Shown: positions 35,001 to 47,337 of the stretch, one piece after another
Layout: each line of letters opens with the position of its first letter
Position numbering within the stretch: position 1 is the stretch's first letter
From: Squalus acanthias
Taxonomy: Eukaryota
Assembly: GCA_030390025.1 (NCBI GenBank)
Contig: CM059425.1
Coordinates: 166,720,001-166,784,000, forward strand
Direction of reading: 5' to 3'
DNA: 64,000 nt
Notes under the pieces: generated by a model
What the model saw: the letters and a program-made list of their open reading frames with translations, nothing else
Database searches by the model: none
Told to the model about the DNA's origin: nothing
Position numbers and translations under genes: made by a program

Positions 35001-35859
35001 GATAGGCCCTTACCGGGGCAGTTCGGTAGGACTTAGCTTGATAAGCCCTCGTAGAGGCTCTTGATAGGCAAACCTTTGCAAAATGACCCTTTTTGTTGCA
35101 ATGACTGCAAAACGCATTGCGAGCAGGGCAGAATTTCCGAGGGTGAAACTCATCACCACAAAAGAAGCATTTCTTAGATTGCCAAGAGGCTGCCACAGTG
35201 GGGTCATCATCCTCTTCATCAGTGAAGTCATCAGATTGATCGTCAGGGATAAAGTCCTCCCTAATAGAGTTCACCTGTGGCCTCTTAAATTGCCTGACTG
35301 TAGTTAAGGCAGCAGACCGAGGTCTGGGCACTGTATAAAGGTCTGCATTTCTTTTTGCCAGATCTAGAGAGCAAGCCATGTCATAAGCTCTCTGAAGCTC
35401 AAGTGTCTTACTTTCCAGTAGACGCTGGCGTATAAATGGGGAGGCAAGCCCGCAGATGAAAGCATCACGGATCATTTCTTCACGGTACAGCTCAGCTGAG
35501 GCCGCCTGAAAGTTACAGTCCATACTAAGTCTGCGAAGCTCTTGGAGGAATTTATCAATGGATTCCTCCGGCCCTTGTTGGGCTGTAGCTAGTAGATGTC
35601 TGGCATAGACCTCATTCGGTGTCTTAGTATATAGTCTTTTAAGCGTCCGAATTGCCTCCTCGTAACTGCCCCATTCCTCGACATACTGAAATACATTCGG
35701 GGTGACACAGTTGATGAGTATCCGCAATTTTGAGTCATCATCAGCCTTGCAATATTCGAGAAAATTGTCAAACGTGCGATACCAGTGTTTCCACACCTTA
35801 CCGGCTGCTGGGGTGTTTGGGTCCAAGTCAAGACGCGATGGTTTAAGGATGTTTTCCAT
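32059..35859 (-). CDS. gag-pol: Gag-Pol polyprotein, 1266 aa
   Basis: Zn knuckles CFFCGDEFHPRKFC and CSHCNKKGHFAKVC; protease LIDSGS; RT DAYPLPRID, DLKSAYH, LPFG, YLDN; RNase H ECDAS; integrase HDGLCH...CRVC, SIDFKGP, HSDWG, GNGQVER. No env. Confidence 0.95.
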   Translation of the reverse strand: MENILKPSRLDLDPNTPAAGKVWKHWYRTFDNFLEYCKADDDSKLRILINCVTPNVFQYVEEWGSYEEAIRTLKRLYTKTPNEVYARHLLATAQQGPEESIDKFLQELRRLSMDCNFQAASAELYREEMIRDAFICGLASPFIRQRLLESKTLELQRAYDMACSLDLAKRNADLYTVPRPRSAALTTVRQFKRPQVNSIREDFIPDDQSDDFTDEEDDDPTVAASWQSKKCFFCGDEFHPRKFCPARNAFCSHCNKKGHFAKVCLSRASTRAYQAKSYRTAPVRAYQDVPAKIYRASSRVFSRRNTPRVSATLCATTPITAACPQNLFHAATKASINGHTLDALIDSGSTDSFIREQIVAELKLHVFPSDQAIAMAQSSLNTRISGFCMVEITLNGHRYPSTRLSVLKDLCSDLILGLDFQKQHKKLTIEFGGSKPELTISNIRPRLPFCALSAASLDEPSLFTSIPPRCKPIITKSRCFSQEDQSFIAAEISRLLAEDIIEPCSSPWRAQVVIVKNPLQPHKKWLCIDYSQTINQYTDLDAYPLPRIDDMVNKLAEYTVFSTYDLKSAYHRVPLKVSDKQYTAFEANGRLYQFCRLPFGVTNGVAVFQRAMDDLVKQEDLKDMFPYLDNITVAGRNQREHDASLQRFWDALQHRNLTLNAAKSIESQPTINILGYCVGNGIIKPDPERLRPLQELPPPKNPASLRRALGLFAYYAKWIPNFSDRIQPLLKASTFPLDTAAVAAFNLLKKQLEKAALHSIDESLPFVVECDASEVAISATLNQEGRPVAFLSRTFQGAELHYPPVEKEATAIIEAVRKWTHLLARQHFTLITDQRSVAFMLDNRKRTKIKNNKIQLWRLELASFGYTIHYRPGKENVAPDTLTRAFCSAMAPSTLVDIHDGLCHPGVTRMLHFVRSRNLPFSTGDVKKMCSDCRVCAELKPQFFRPSGGILIHATQPMQRLSIDFKGPLPSSTRNTYLLTMVDENSRFPFAFPCPNMLTTTVISCLEQVFAFCGMASYVHSDWGPSFMSGELKAYLSEWGIAASRTTPYHPVGNGQVERFNAIIWNAVRLALRSRGLPNQQWEAVLPDALHSTRSLLSTATNTTPHERFFRFQRRSSYGISLPSWLTAPGPVLLRRYVRASKNDPLVDEVELTDVNPTYAYIRYPDGRESTVSLRDLAPCPPKHRGTPGDDIVPGTSLGSPGASHHDLDLTPAGTSLQRADLGQTDYEPVGARTRSHDPPRTIRSNGSATGLPDTRSDTSTQSGSS

Positions 35860-35937
35860 GATGGGTGATTCCCTGGATCCTTAGTTCCGAGTTCGTCCAA
35901 AAAGTTTGAGTGCGAAGTTTTTCAAAGTTGATTAAAT

Positions 35938-36131
35938 TGTCGTAAGAATGAGCCTTACGCGTGGTGAACTTAAAGTAAGCTTTAATCAACTAAAAAGGTG
36001 CTACATACAAAAGAGGTCTTACTCTATGCCTCTCCAGGATCCAACTGATTAGCCCAGTATTTATCCTGGACTAATCACAGGAAGTGATGTAATAAAGTTC
36101 AAGTCACAGGAAGCTGTATTGCGTTACCACA
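35938..36131 (-). repeat. 5' LTR (194 bp)
   Basis: On - it reads TGTGGTAAC...CTTACGACA, with TATA-like GATAAATA and polyA-like ATTAAA. Confidence 0.95.
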
Positions 36132-36309
36132 CGGTGTTTCTCCTTCCTGTCCATGTGGTCTCACAAACAGAGGACCATATGCTGAGCATCTCCATTTTGA
36201 GTCCTTACAGGCAAAGACCCCTTGCTGACTTCCTCCATTTTGTATCCTCACAGACAAAGGAACACATGCTGACGTCTTACATTTTGAGTCCGTCCGTTAC
36301 CATCTCACA

Positions 36310-36822
36310 ATTCAAGGGGGGAGGCTGGTGCGGTTGGAGATCGGAGGCCGAGGGGGCGGCGGGGGTGGGGGAGTCGGAAGGTCAGAGGTCGGGCACTGGG
36401 GAATCAGAGGCTGGGGGGAGGTTGGAAGGCCGGAAGGGGGAATCGGAGATCGAGGTACTTGGGGGTGAGGTCGGAGTGGAGATTGGAAGGGTTGGGGTGG
36501 GTGTCCGATCATAAGTAGAAAGGCATTTACCTCCTGGATCCAGCAGTCCTCGATTTGCTTTAGCTGTCGGGTTCTCCTAGGCCTGGGAAACCCGGCCGGC
36601 CAGAGTTAAATTTAATATGGTGCTTCAAAATGAGGCACGCAGCCTCATTATAATATTTAAAATGGAAACACGCCTCCTGGGAGTGGGTTGGCCGCCCGCC
36701 CCCTTGTCCCGCCTCCGTTAAAACCGGAAGTGGGCAGGTTGGTGTCAGGATTCAGATTTCTAACACTTTAACCTCCCACCCGATCCAAACCCAGCCATTT
36801 TTGGGGGGTAAAATCCCCCCCC
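36310..36822. mobile_element. Partial MITE; same family as 39039-39460 in the opposite orientation
   Basis: Both copies share gggtttgg.tcgggtggga.gttaaa and ccggttttaacggaggcggg. This copy ends aaaatccccccc. Confidence 0.6.
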
Positions 36823-36936
36823 TAAGATTCTAGATTTTGGTACGGCAAACTTTAACGGGGTGAAACAGAGACTGACGATAACAAACTGGTCAAAACAGTT
36901 CTCGGGTAAAACTACAGATGCACATGGAGGTGCTCA

Positions 36937-37208
36937 AAAATTTTTTTGAGGATGTAACTGGTAGAATAGATAAGGGAGAACCAGTGGATGTAGTGTATTT
37001 GGACTTTCAGAAGGCTTTCGATAAGGTCCCGCATAAGAGATTTGCGTGCAAAGTTAAAGCACACGGGATTGGGGGTAAGGTACTGTCTTGGATAGAGAAC
37101 TGGTTGGCAGACAGGAAGCAAAGAATTGGAATAAACGGGTCTTTTTCCGAGTGGTAGGCAGTGACTAGTGGGGTACCGCAGGGATCGGTCCTTGGACCCC
37201 AGCTATTC

Positions 37209-37251
<43 letters not shown>

Positions 37252-38220
37252 GATCTAGACAAGGGAACTAGATGTAATATCTCCAAGTTTGCAGATGACA
37301 CAAAGCTGGGTGGGCGTGTGTGCTGTGAGGAGGATGCAGAGAAACTCCAGTATGATTTGGACAGGTTGGGTGATTGGGCAGATGCATGGCAAATGCAGTA
37401 TAATGTGGATAAATGCGAGGTTATCCACTTCGGTGGCAAAAACAGGAAGACAGATTATTATCTGAACAGCAATAGATTGGGAAAAAGGGAAGTGCAACGA
37501 GACCTGGGTGTCCTTGTGCACCAGTCGCTGAGGGTAAGCATGCAGGTGCAGCAGGCAGTTAAGAAGGCAAATGGTATGTTGGTCTTCATAGCGAGAGGAT
37601 TTGAGTACAGGAGCAAGGATGTCTTGCTGCAGTTGTACAGGGCCTTGGTGAGACCACATCTTGAGTATTGTGTGCAGTTTTGGTCGCCTTATCTGAGGAA
37701 GGATGTTCTTGCCATGGAGAGAGTGCAGCGAAGATTCACCAGACTGATACCTGGGATGGCAGGAATGACGTATGCGGAGAGATTGGGTCGATTAGGCTTA
37801 TATTCACTAGAGTTTAGAAGAATGAGAGGGGATCTCATTGAAACTTATAAAATTCTAACAGGACTAGACAGACTAGATGCAGGAAGGATGTTCCCGATGG
37901 CGGGGGAGTCCAGAACCAGGGGTCACAGTCTAAGGATAAGGGGTAAGCCATTTAGGACTAAGATGAGGAGGAATTTCTTTACCCAGAGCGTGGTGAACCT
38001 GTGGAATTCTCTACCACAGAAGGCAGTTGAGGCCAATTCATTAAATATATTCAAGAAGGAGTTAGATATATTTCTTCAGGCTAAAGGGATCAAGGGATAT
38101 GGGGAGAAAGCAGGGACAGGGTACTGAATTTGGATGATCAGCCATGATCTCATTTAATGGCAGAACAGGCTCGAGGGGCCAAATGGCCTACTCCTGCTCC
38201 TATCTTCTATGTTTCTATGT
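36937..38220 (+). mobile_element. CR1 3' part (RT domain to tail)
   Basis: Motifs VYLDFQKAFDKVPH and FADDTKL, ORF 37318..38127 with the CR1 C-terminus, and tail ttctatgtttctatgt. Confidence 0.92.
37212..37244. repeat. (AT)n microsatellite, about 16 units
   Basis: Seen directly; it lies inside the CR1 [10 protein letters not shown] codons. Confidence 0.95.
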
Positions 38221-38496
38221 TAAAAAGAATTTAACTTAATACAGGACCGGTATATAACCCTAAGGGGCAAGAGCTCTACTTACCAAATAAAATAGCCACG
38301 GTCAACAAAAGAGGTGAGAGATAACATAAAACTAAAGGAAAGAGCGTAGAAAAGTACAAAGAACAGTGTAGATCCAGGGGACTGGGAAAGGTATAAAGAA
38401 CAACAAAGGAAGACAAAAAAGATAGTAGGAGTTGCAAAAAGGGAATATGAAATGAAACTTGCGATGGATATCAAGATTAACACAAAAAGTTTTTAC

Positions 38497-38815
38497 ATAA
38501 GCACATAAGAAGTAGGAGCAGGAGTTGGCCATACGACCCTTTGGGCCTGCTCCGCCATTCAATAGGATCATGGCTGATCCGAACCTAGTCTCACGTCCAC
38601 TTCCCTGCCGCTCCCCATAACCCTTAATTCCCTTATCAGCTAGGAAACTGTCTATCTCCGTTTTAAATTTATTTAATGTCGCAGCTTCCACAGCTCTCTG
38701 AGGTAGCAAATTCCATAGATTTACTACCCTCTGAGTGAAGAAGTTTCTCCTCATCTCAGTTCTGAAACGGCAGCTCCTTATTCTAAGATTATGCTCCCTA
38801 GTTCTAGTCTCACCT
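38497..38815 (-). mobile_element. CR1 3' fragment
   Basis: MRRNFFTQRVVNLWNLLPQRAVEA followed by a CR1 tail, flanked by ttttaca repeats. Confidence 0.85.
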
Positions 38816-38935
38816 ATTTTTACAATTATATTAGAAGAAAAAGGGTCATCAAGGGTAATGTGGGCCCTTTAACAACAAACGTGGGTAATATTGCAAACGA
38901 AAATAAGGAAACGGCAGACTTGTTAAATAATTACA

Positions 38936-40548
38936 AAAGCAAAATACTGCAGATGCTGGAAATCTAAAATAAAAACAGAAAATGCTGGAAATACTCAGCA
39001 GGTCAGACAACATCTGTGGAGAGAGAAACAGAGATAATGGAGGGAAATTTAATTCTCATGAACAGGTGGGTTTGGGTCGGGTGGGATGTTAAAATTTTAA
39101 AAATCTCAATCTTGACCCCAACCCGCCTCGAAACTGCCCACATCCGGTTTTAACGGAGGCGGGGCGGGGGGTGGGTGACCAACCCACTCTCAGGAGGTGG
39201 GTGGCTCATTTAAATATTTTAATGAGGCTGCGTGCCTCAGATTTTACCTCCATTTTAAATTTAACCTGGCAGCAGATGGGAGGCAAGGACTGCTGGATCC
39301 AGCAGGTAAATGCCTATCCAGCACTGCTAGTGAGCCAGGGGGAGCAGGAGTGCTTCCCCTCTGGCCCACCAAGCTAACCTGTTTACCCACCCCACCGCGA
39401 TTGGCCGCTCCCCTCCCACGATCCGATCTCCCCACCACCACCCCCCGAGCCACAAACTCTCAACGTTTCAGGACCTTTCATCTCAACTGGAAGTTAAAGA
39501 TGTTAAACAGTTTTTAAGCAAGTACAGAGGCAGGGAAAGGGGGAGGGGAGGGAAGAACAAAAGGGAAGGTCTGTGATAGGGAGGAAGGCAGGAGTGATCA
39601 AATGACAAAAGGCAAGACTAAAGGAGAAGGCATTGGGACAAGAAACAAAAGGTGGTTCTAGAGGAGCTATAAATGGCAACAGCAGAACCATTATCAGCAC
39701 CCGCTGTCCGAAAAAATGGGAGCAGTGGTTATGATTTGAAATTGTGGAACTCAATGTTGAATCTGGAAGACTGTAAAGTGCTTAACTGAAAATGAGGTGC
39801 TGTTCCTCGAGCTTCCGTTGAGCTTCATTGGAACAGTGTAGGAGGCTGAGCAGGGGGGATGTGAGAGGGCAGGTATGTCATCTCCAGTGCTTGCACGAGA
39901 CAGTGCCGTGGGAAGGGGAGCGAGTGTTGGGGTTGATGGAAGTGTAGACCAGGGTGTTGTGGAGGCAACGGACCCTTTGGAATGCTCCAAGGGGAGCAGA
40001 GCAAGACGTATTTGGTGGTGGCATCATGCTGGAGGTGGCAGAGGATGTTCAGTTGAACGTGGAGGCTGGCGAGGTGGAAGGTGAGGACAAGGAGGACCCT
40101 ATCGAGGGAGGAGAAGGTGTGAGGGCAGAAATGTAGGAAATGGGCTGGACGTGGTCGAGGGTCCTGTCAACCACAGTGGAGGGGAATACAAAGGAAAAAT
40201 TAAGACATATCGGAAGCACTAGTGTGGAAGGTGGTATCGTTAGAAAAGATGTGTTGGAGACGGAGAAACTAGGAGAATGGAATTACAAGAAGCGGGGTGG
40301 GAGGAAGTATAATCAAGGAAGTTGTGGGAGTCAGTGGGCTTGTAGATGATATTGGTTGACAGCTGAACCCCAGAAATAGAGTTAGAGAAATCGAGGAAGG
40401 GGAGAGTCGGATATGGACCATGTAAAGGCGAGGGAGGGGTGGAAATTGGAAGCAAAGATTATGAAATATTCCAGCTCGGGGCGAGAGCAGGAAGCAGCAA
40501 TGATACAGCCATCAATGTCCATCAATGTACTGGAAAAAGAGGTGAGCG
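38936..40548 (-). mobile_element. Decayed Penelope-like element, interrupted by a MITE fragment at 39039-39460
   Basis: LPFLDFS...IYKPTDSHNFLDYTSSHP (PLE RT thumb). The pseudo-LTR motif ctctccacagatgttgtctgacctgctgagtatttccagc matches 11708-11790. A hammerhead remnant lies at 39461-39490. Confidence 0.75.
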
Positions 40549-42914
40549 AGTGTTAAGGACAGAGTGACTGAGCACTTAGAGAAATTTGAGCTGATTAGAG
40601 AGAGCCAACATGGATTTGCAAAGATTAGGTCATGTCTAACAAACCTAATTGAATTTTTGGAATAATTTGTTGAATAATTACTTTGTGTCAGTCTTCACAA
40701 TAGAGGAAATGGATAATATACCTGGCATTCTAGGGAAACTAATAATGAATCACGGGCGGTGTCACAGGCCAGCGCTGTTTGCTGGCGCCTGTTCTAAGTG
40801 GTGCAGGCAGCACGCAAAATGCATGCTGTCTGCTCATTATAATGATTGGAGCACTGATCTCAGCGCTAAACATGCTGCTGATTGGCTTAGCGCTGAACGA
40901 GGGAGGGGGAGGTGGGGGGCAATATCAAGTGCAGTCCAATGGCCAATAAAGTTTACCCTAGGCTCTCTGCACTACTTAAAGGGGAGGCGCTTTGTTGCAG
41001 AAGCACCTCATTCTCACTCTGGAGCAAGCCATGGCAGAACAACCTAGGGAGTGAGCAAGAAGATTTTCAGATGCAGCACTGGAGGTCTTGGTCCTGGGGA
41101 TCTAATGAAGGCAGGCTGTCCTCTATCCACAGGAAGACAAGAGGCCATCCAAGACCTTTTACAGATAGTTGTGGGAGGAGATTGCGGACTCCGTCACGGC
41201 CACCAGTTTGGTCCCAAGGACCTGGATCCAGTGCCAAAAAAGTTTAATGACCTCACATGGCTGGTCAAAGTGAGTGAAGGCTTCAGCAAGTGCAATATCC
41301 CACCATTTGCACCACAAGCCTCACACACTGCTCAATGCACCACACTCCCAGCACTCACCTACCAACAATCTCTACCTATCACCACTCATACCTCATAATC
41401 ATAGCTTCATTTCAACCCTCACAACCTTACACTGCTGCAACATCTCACATCCTGCACACACTGACAGCTATTCAACTATGGCAGGTACATCACCCAAACA
41501 CATTGCTCCACACTCACTGACACACTTCCCTTTCTCTTGCAGGTCAAAGTGGCACATAACAAGAAAGAGCAACAGCAGATGGGAGGCAGCCAAACCACAA
41601 TAGAGAACCTGACAAACCTGGAGGAATCCGTCCTTGAAATCATTGGAGGGGCAGTGACAGAGTCTGTGGTCAACGGAAGTCAAAATCGTTGCTGATGATG
41701 ATGGTATGGTCATACCTAATCCTTCTCTTACATCCCACTTCCCCCTCATCCCACAATCACTTCTCACTTACAAGCTGTCGATGGTGTATGCATGTATATC
41801 TTGCTTTCCTCCCCTCCCATCACCACAACCCGAACCTTGTGCCTCTCTGCTTTCAGATACCCAAGAACTTCCAACAGGCCAGCCTGTCCCTCATGTTGAT
41901 CAAACTGAAGGAGGAGACGAAGAAAAGAAGAGACACAGGCAATGCATTTTACATTCGCAGACACCAGCTCAGAAAATGGCACTGCATGGACATAGAGGCG
42001 GGATCTGCACATAGTGAGTCACCAAGCACAAGTGGGCTGCAGACAGGCCGGGGGAAAGGGTAGCTCGGTTGCCAGCTCTCTGGAGGGCGAGATCGTGCAT
42101 GAGTTCTGCTCCACAGGGCTCAGATGATGGGGCGGCTTTCAGAAGAAGGGTGATGGGCATGCAGATAGAAATGCTTGGTGCAATGGCAAGCCTGCCAGAG
42201 CGACCCTTGTCAGTGTCAAGGAGCATGGAGCAGTTTGGCTCCAACAATGCACGGGGCTTTGCGCAGAGCTTGGAACCCATGATTTCCAGGATAGAAATGA
42301 TGGACAACTCCAGGAGAGACCTTGTGGACCTAGCCATGATGCTGCATGTGATGGGCTATGTCGGAGCTTCCATTGTAGCACAGGCAGAAGTGACCCAACA
42401 TCTCACTGCTGCAGTGGAAGCTCAGACTGCTGCCATCGTCGCTGGGTTTACGAGTGTCGAAAGGGGCTTGCAGGGTGTCGCCGCAGTCCAGCAATCCGTC
42501 CTCCAACAGATTACTAGGAATGCTGAGGCGCCGCCCCGGGGGAGTGACAGTGGCTCTGTGGAGCAAGAACCTGCGGTCCTCTCTCAGCATGACAGCATTC
42601 CTACTCCCACCACTTTCACTCCGCCAGTGCCCTTGCCGCTGCCTGTCAGCAAGCCAGCCCAGACTGCTGCCGTCCATGCTGAGGTGGTGCAGTCTACAGC
42701 CGGGCCTACTAGGTCCACAGCTCGTCGAAATATTATATGAGGCCATCTGTTGTCTCCCCTACTCAAAGACAGCAGCCTTCACCAGCCATGCTGCAGCCAC
42801 TGGGGGAGCACTGCGTAGGAGCACTAGAGTAGGTAGAGGCACACAAATGACAGACACTAAGGGAATGTACACAGGTGAGTAGTTGATAGTCATTTTGATT
42901 GCATTTTGATAATT

Positions 42915-44755
42915 ATAGAATCATAGAAATTAACAGCACAGAAGAAAACCATTCGACCCATCGTGTCCGTGCCGGCTGAAAAACAGCCATCCAGCCTAAT
43001 CCCACTTTCCAGCTCTTGGTCCGTTGCCTTGTAGGTTATCGGACTTCAAGTGCATATCCAAGTACTTTTTAAATGTGATGAGTTTTTCTGCCTCTACCAC
43101 CCTTTAAGACAGTGAGTTCCAGACCCCCACCACTCTCTGGGTGAAAAAAGTTCTCCTCAACTCCCCTCTATTCCTTCTGCCAATTATTTTAAATCTATGC
43201 CCCTTGGCTATTAACCTCTCTGCTCAGGGAAATAGGTCCGTCCTATCCATTCTATCTAGGCCCCTCATAATTTTATACACCTTAATCAAGTCTCCCCTCA
43301 GCCTCCTCTGTTCCAAAGAAAACAACCCCAGCCTATCCAATCTTTCCTCATAGCTAAAATTCTCCAGTCCTGGCAACATCCTCATAAATCTCCTCTGTAC
43401 CCTCTCCAGTGCAATCACATCTTTTCTGTAATGTGGTGACCAGAACTCTAGCTGTGGCCTAACTAGTGTTTTATACAGTTCAGGCATAACCTCCCTGCTC
43501 TTATATTCTATGCCTTGGCTAATAAAGGAAAGTATCCTGTATGCCTTCTTGACCACCTTATCTACTTGTCCTGCTACCTTCAGGGATCTGTGGACATGCA
43601 CTCCAAGGTCCCTCTGTTACTCTACGCTTCTCAGTATCCTACCATTTATTGTGTATTCCCTTGCCTCGTTAGCCCTCCCCAAATGCATTACCTCACACTT
43701 CTCCGGATTGAATTCCATTTGCCACTTCTCTGCCCACCTGACCAGTCCATTGATATCTTCCTGCAGTCTACAACTTTCTTCCTCACTATCACACGGCCAA
43801 TTTTTGTACCATCTGAAAACTTCTTAATCATGGCCCCTACATTGAAGTCTAAATCAATTATGTATACCACAAAAAACAAGAACCTATTACTGAGCCCTGC
43901 AGAACCCCACTGGAAATAGCTTTCCAGTCACAAAAACATCTATCAACCATTACCCTTTGCTTCCTGCCACTGAGCCAATTTTGGATCCAACTTATATCCC
44001 ATGGGCTTTTACTTTTCTGACCAATCTACCATGTGAGACCTTGTCAAAAGCCTTGCTAAAATCCATTTAGACTACATCAAACACGCTACCCTCATCGACC
44101 CTCCTTGTTACCTCCTTAAAAAATTCAATCAACTTAGTTCCCTTAACAAATCCATGTTGACTGTCCTTGATTAATCTGTGCCTTTCTAAATGACGATTAA
44201 TACTGTCCCTCGGAATTTTTTCCAACAATTTGCCCATCACCGAGGTTAGGCTGACTGGCCTGTAATCACTTGGTCTATCTTTTTAAACAATGGTACAATG
44301 TTAGCCGTCCTCCGGCACCACATCTGTGGCCAGAGAGGATTGAAAAATGATGGTCAGAGCCTCCGCTATTTCCTTCCTTGCTTCTCTTAACAGCCTGGGA
44401 TACATTTAATCCGGGCCTGGTGATTTATCCACTTTCAAAGATGCTAAACCCCTTAATACTTCCTCTCTCACTATGTTTATCTCCTCTAATATTTCACACT
44501 CCTCCTCTTTAACTACAATGTCTGCATCGCCCCTCTCTTTTGTGAAGACAGACGCAAAGTATTCATTGAGAACCATACCCACGTCTTCCACCTCCACACA
44601 AGCTTCCTTTTTGGTCTCGAGGAGGCCCTGCTCTTTCTTTAGTTATCCTTTTGCTCTTTATATATTTATAAGACATCTTTGGGTTTTCCTTGACTTTACT
44701 TGTCAATATTTTTTCATGCCCTCTCTTTGCTTTCCTAATTTCCTTTTTAATTTCT
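42915..44755 (-). mobile_element. CR1 3' half
   Basis: Tail tagaatcatagaa; motifs KSPGPD, LYKTLVRPQLE and LFSLEQRRLRGDL. Confidence 0.88.
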
Positions 44756-45532
44756 ATAAATTTGTGATTTTTGTTTAGAATGTGTGTTTTGTGGTGGCTC
44801 TCATTTCAGCTTTGTGTCCAGGAGGATGCTGTGATGTTCCGTGATAGGAGGACGGTATGAGGGGAAAGTGGTGAGCAATGGGACTCTGGGGTTTCATTCA
44901 CTGGAATCGGAGTCTGATGAGGCATTCAGGGACAGCCCGTCCGGAATGGGGTTTTGCTGCCTGTCTCCTCCCTCCCTCCTCCTCTTCCTCTTCCTCGCCC
45001 TCATCCTCTTCCTCCTCTCCCTCCTCCTCTTCCTGAGGTGGTCCCGCAATCCCTGGTGGCAAGGGCTGCGCCCTCATGATGGCCAAGTTTTGAAGCATGT
45101 AGCAGACCACTACGAAATGGGACACCGGCTCTGGCGAGTACTGGAGGGCTCCTTCCGAGCGGTCAAGGCAGCGGAACCGTTGCTTGAGCACCCTGATGGT
45201 CTAGAGGATGATGTTCCCGGTGGCAGCATGGCTGTCATTATGAGTGCTGGGCAAAAGTGGTGGGGTTGTGGAGCGGAGTCATCAGCTAGGTGCAGAGCGG
45301 CTAACCCTTGTCTCTGAGCAGCCATCCTCGGGTTTAATGTGATGGCTGGAAGATTGCTGGCACACTGGACTGGCGCAGGATGAAGGCATCATGACTGATG
45401 CCGGGATAGTGGGCATTCACCATCATGATGCACTGGGGGCAGTCACACAACAACTGCACATTAATGAATGGTAGTCTTTGTGGTTATGGAACATCTCAGG
45501 TTTGATATGCAGCGCCCGCAAAGCCACATGTG

Positions 45533-46473
45533 CGCAAGGATCGGTGCTTGGGCCTCAGCTATTCACAATCTATATCAATGATTTGGATGAGGGGACTAAA
45601 TGTAACATATCCAAATTTGCTGATGATACAAAGCTAGGTGGCACTGTCAGTTGTGAAGAAGCTTCAGGGGGATCTTGACAGGCTCAGTGAGTGGGCGAGA
45701 ACATGGCAGATGGAATATAATGTGGATAAATGTGAAGTTATCCACTTTGGTAGAAAAAACAAAAAGGCAGAGTATTTCCTAAATGGTGAAGGATTGGGGA
45801 AAGCAGATGCTCAAAGAGACCTGGGTGTCCTTGTACATGAGTCACTGAAAGTGAATGTGCAGGTGCAGCAAGCCATTAGGAAGGCAAATGGTATGCTGGC
45901 CTTCATTACAAGAGGATTTGAGTACAGGAGTAAAGAAGTCTTACTCCAATTATATAGGGCCTTGGTGAGACCACACCTGGAGTACTGTGTACAATTTTGG
46001 TCTCCTTACCTAAGGAAGGATATACTTGCCATAGAGGGAGTGCAACGAAGGTTCACGAGATTGATTCCTGGGATGGCGGGACTGTCGTATGAGAAGAGAT
46101 TGAGTAAACTAGGCCTGTATTCTCTTGAATTCAGAAGAATGAGAGGGGATCTCATTGAAGCATACAAAATTATTACAGGGCTTGATAGGATGGATGCTGG
46201 GAGAATGTTTCCCTTGGCTGGGGAGTCTAGAACCAGGGGCCACAGCCTCAAGATAAAGGGTAGGCCATTCAGGACTGAGATGAGAAGAAATTTCTTCACA
46301 CAGAGGGTGGTGAATCTTTGGAATTCTCTACCCCAGAGGGCTGTGGAGGCTCAGTCATTGGGTATATTCAAAACAGAAGTCGATAGATTTCTGACTAGTA
46401 AGGGCATCAAGTGATATGGCGATAGGGCCGGTGAATGGAGTTGAGGCAGAAGATCAGCCATGATCTCATTGAT
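45533..46473 (+). mobile_element. CR1 3' fragment
   Basis: [18 protein letters not shown]...FADDTKL and ORF 45638..46414. Confidence 0.92.
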
Positions 46474-47337
46474 CTCCCGAAGATACTCAAGCGCGAGGGG
46501 GACCGAGTGGTGTGAACAGAAGCCTTTAACTGAGAATTAAGGTGTTCTCCACTTGCACCAACACTCCCTGTCACCTCAAGAGCTTTGAAACAAGTTTAGA
46601 AAGCTGCAAGAGTTGCTGAAAGTTACACACAGCCTGTCAAACTGAGAAACCACTTCAGCTGTAACTTGTTGATGATGATCCCTTTGAATATTGTTGCTGG
46701 AAGCTCCGTCCTGCTGCTGAACATTTGGTCAGTTGGTCGTGATTACGAGAGGGCGGTAAGTGGAGCGGCGATGGCGAAAATGGCAGATTGTGTGTCAAGT
46801 GAGCATTGCACAATCATTGACGTAACGATCTGCCTCATTTGCATTTCTGCAGTGAGCGCAGGCAACGGCAGCGCTGCCGACCTGCCCAAAATTCCAGCCA
46901 TAGCGGGACCTGCCGGAAGCGGGCAGAAGCGAGTCGGTTGCCATTTTTTCTTCAAAACGGGCCTTAACAGCCAGCGCTACACCCCCGAATTTCTAAGCCT
47001 CTGTCTCTTCGTAATTTTATGCTCCCATCTACACTACTTACTACGCCACCAATCTTTTGTCATCGGCAAACTTGGATACATGATTTTTTATCTTCTTCTT
47101 CTTCTTTCGTATGGTAGTAGCAAAGCAAATCAAATGTCAATATCTAAGTTGGATATCCAGGCCAAATGTGTAACAGCGTGGATATCTTGTAGGCTGCCTG
47201 CAAATTTCCTCTGAGGGCAGTGCTCAGTGATGTGCTTCAGGGTCTGATTATGAACTCAACAGTCGCATAATGGGGATGCTTTAATCTTCCATCTATGGAG
47301 AAGGTGGCATCATCTACCAGCACCTCTGCGACTTCAG

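Larger units (their letters stand above)
31654..36131 (-). mobile_element. Ty3/Gypsy LTR retrotransposon, young, structurally complete
   Basis: Two 194-bp TG...CA LTRs, a single gag-PR-RT-RH-IN ORF in Gypsy domain order, and a polypurine tract next to the 3' LTR. Confidence 0.95.
36823..38935 (+). mobile_element. Older CR1 ORF2 fragment (36823-36936, 38221-38496, 38816-38935) hosting younger CR1 insertions
   Basis: The CR1 ORF2 linker sequence resumes collinearly after each insertion. Confidence 0.6.
40752..46999 (+). mobile_element. Old Harbinger copy (family of 3854-15165) with two CR1 insertions
   Basis: Myb exons at about 41031-41269, 41544-41704 and 41858-42880. Transposase remnant at 44898-45535 on - (LKQRFRCLDRSEGALQYSP). 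Right end ccgaatttctaagcc. Confidence 0.8.
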
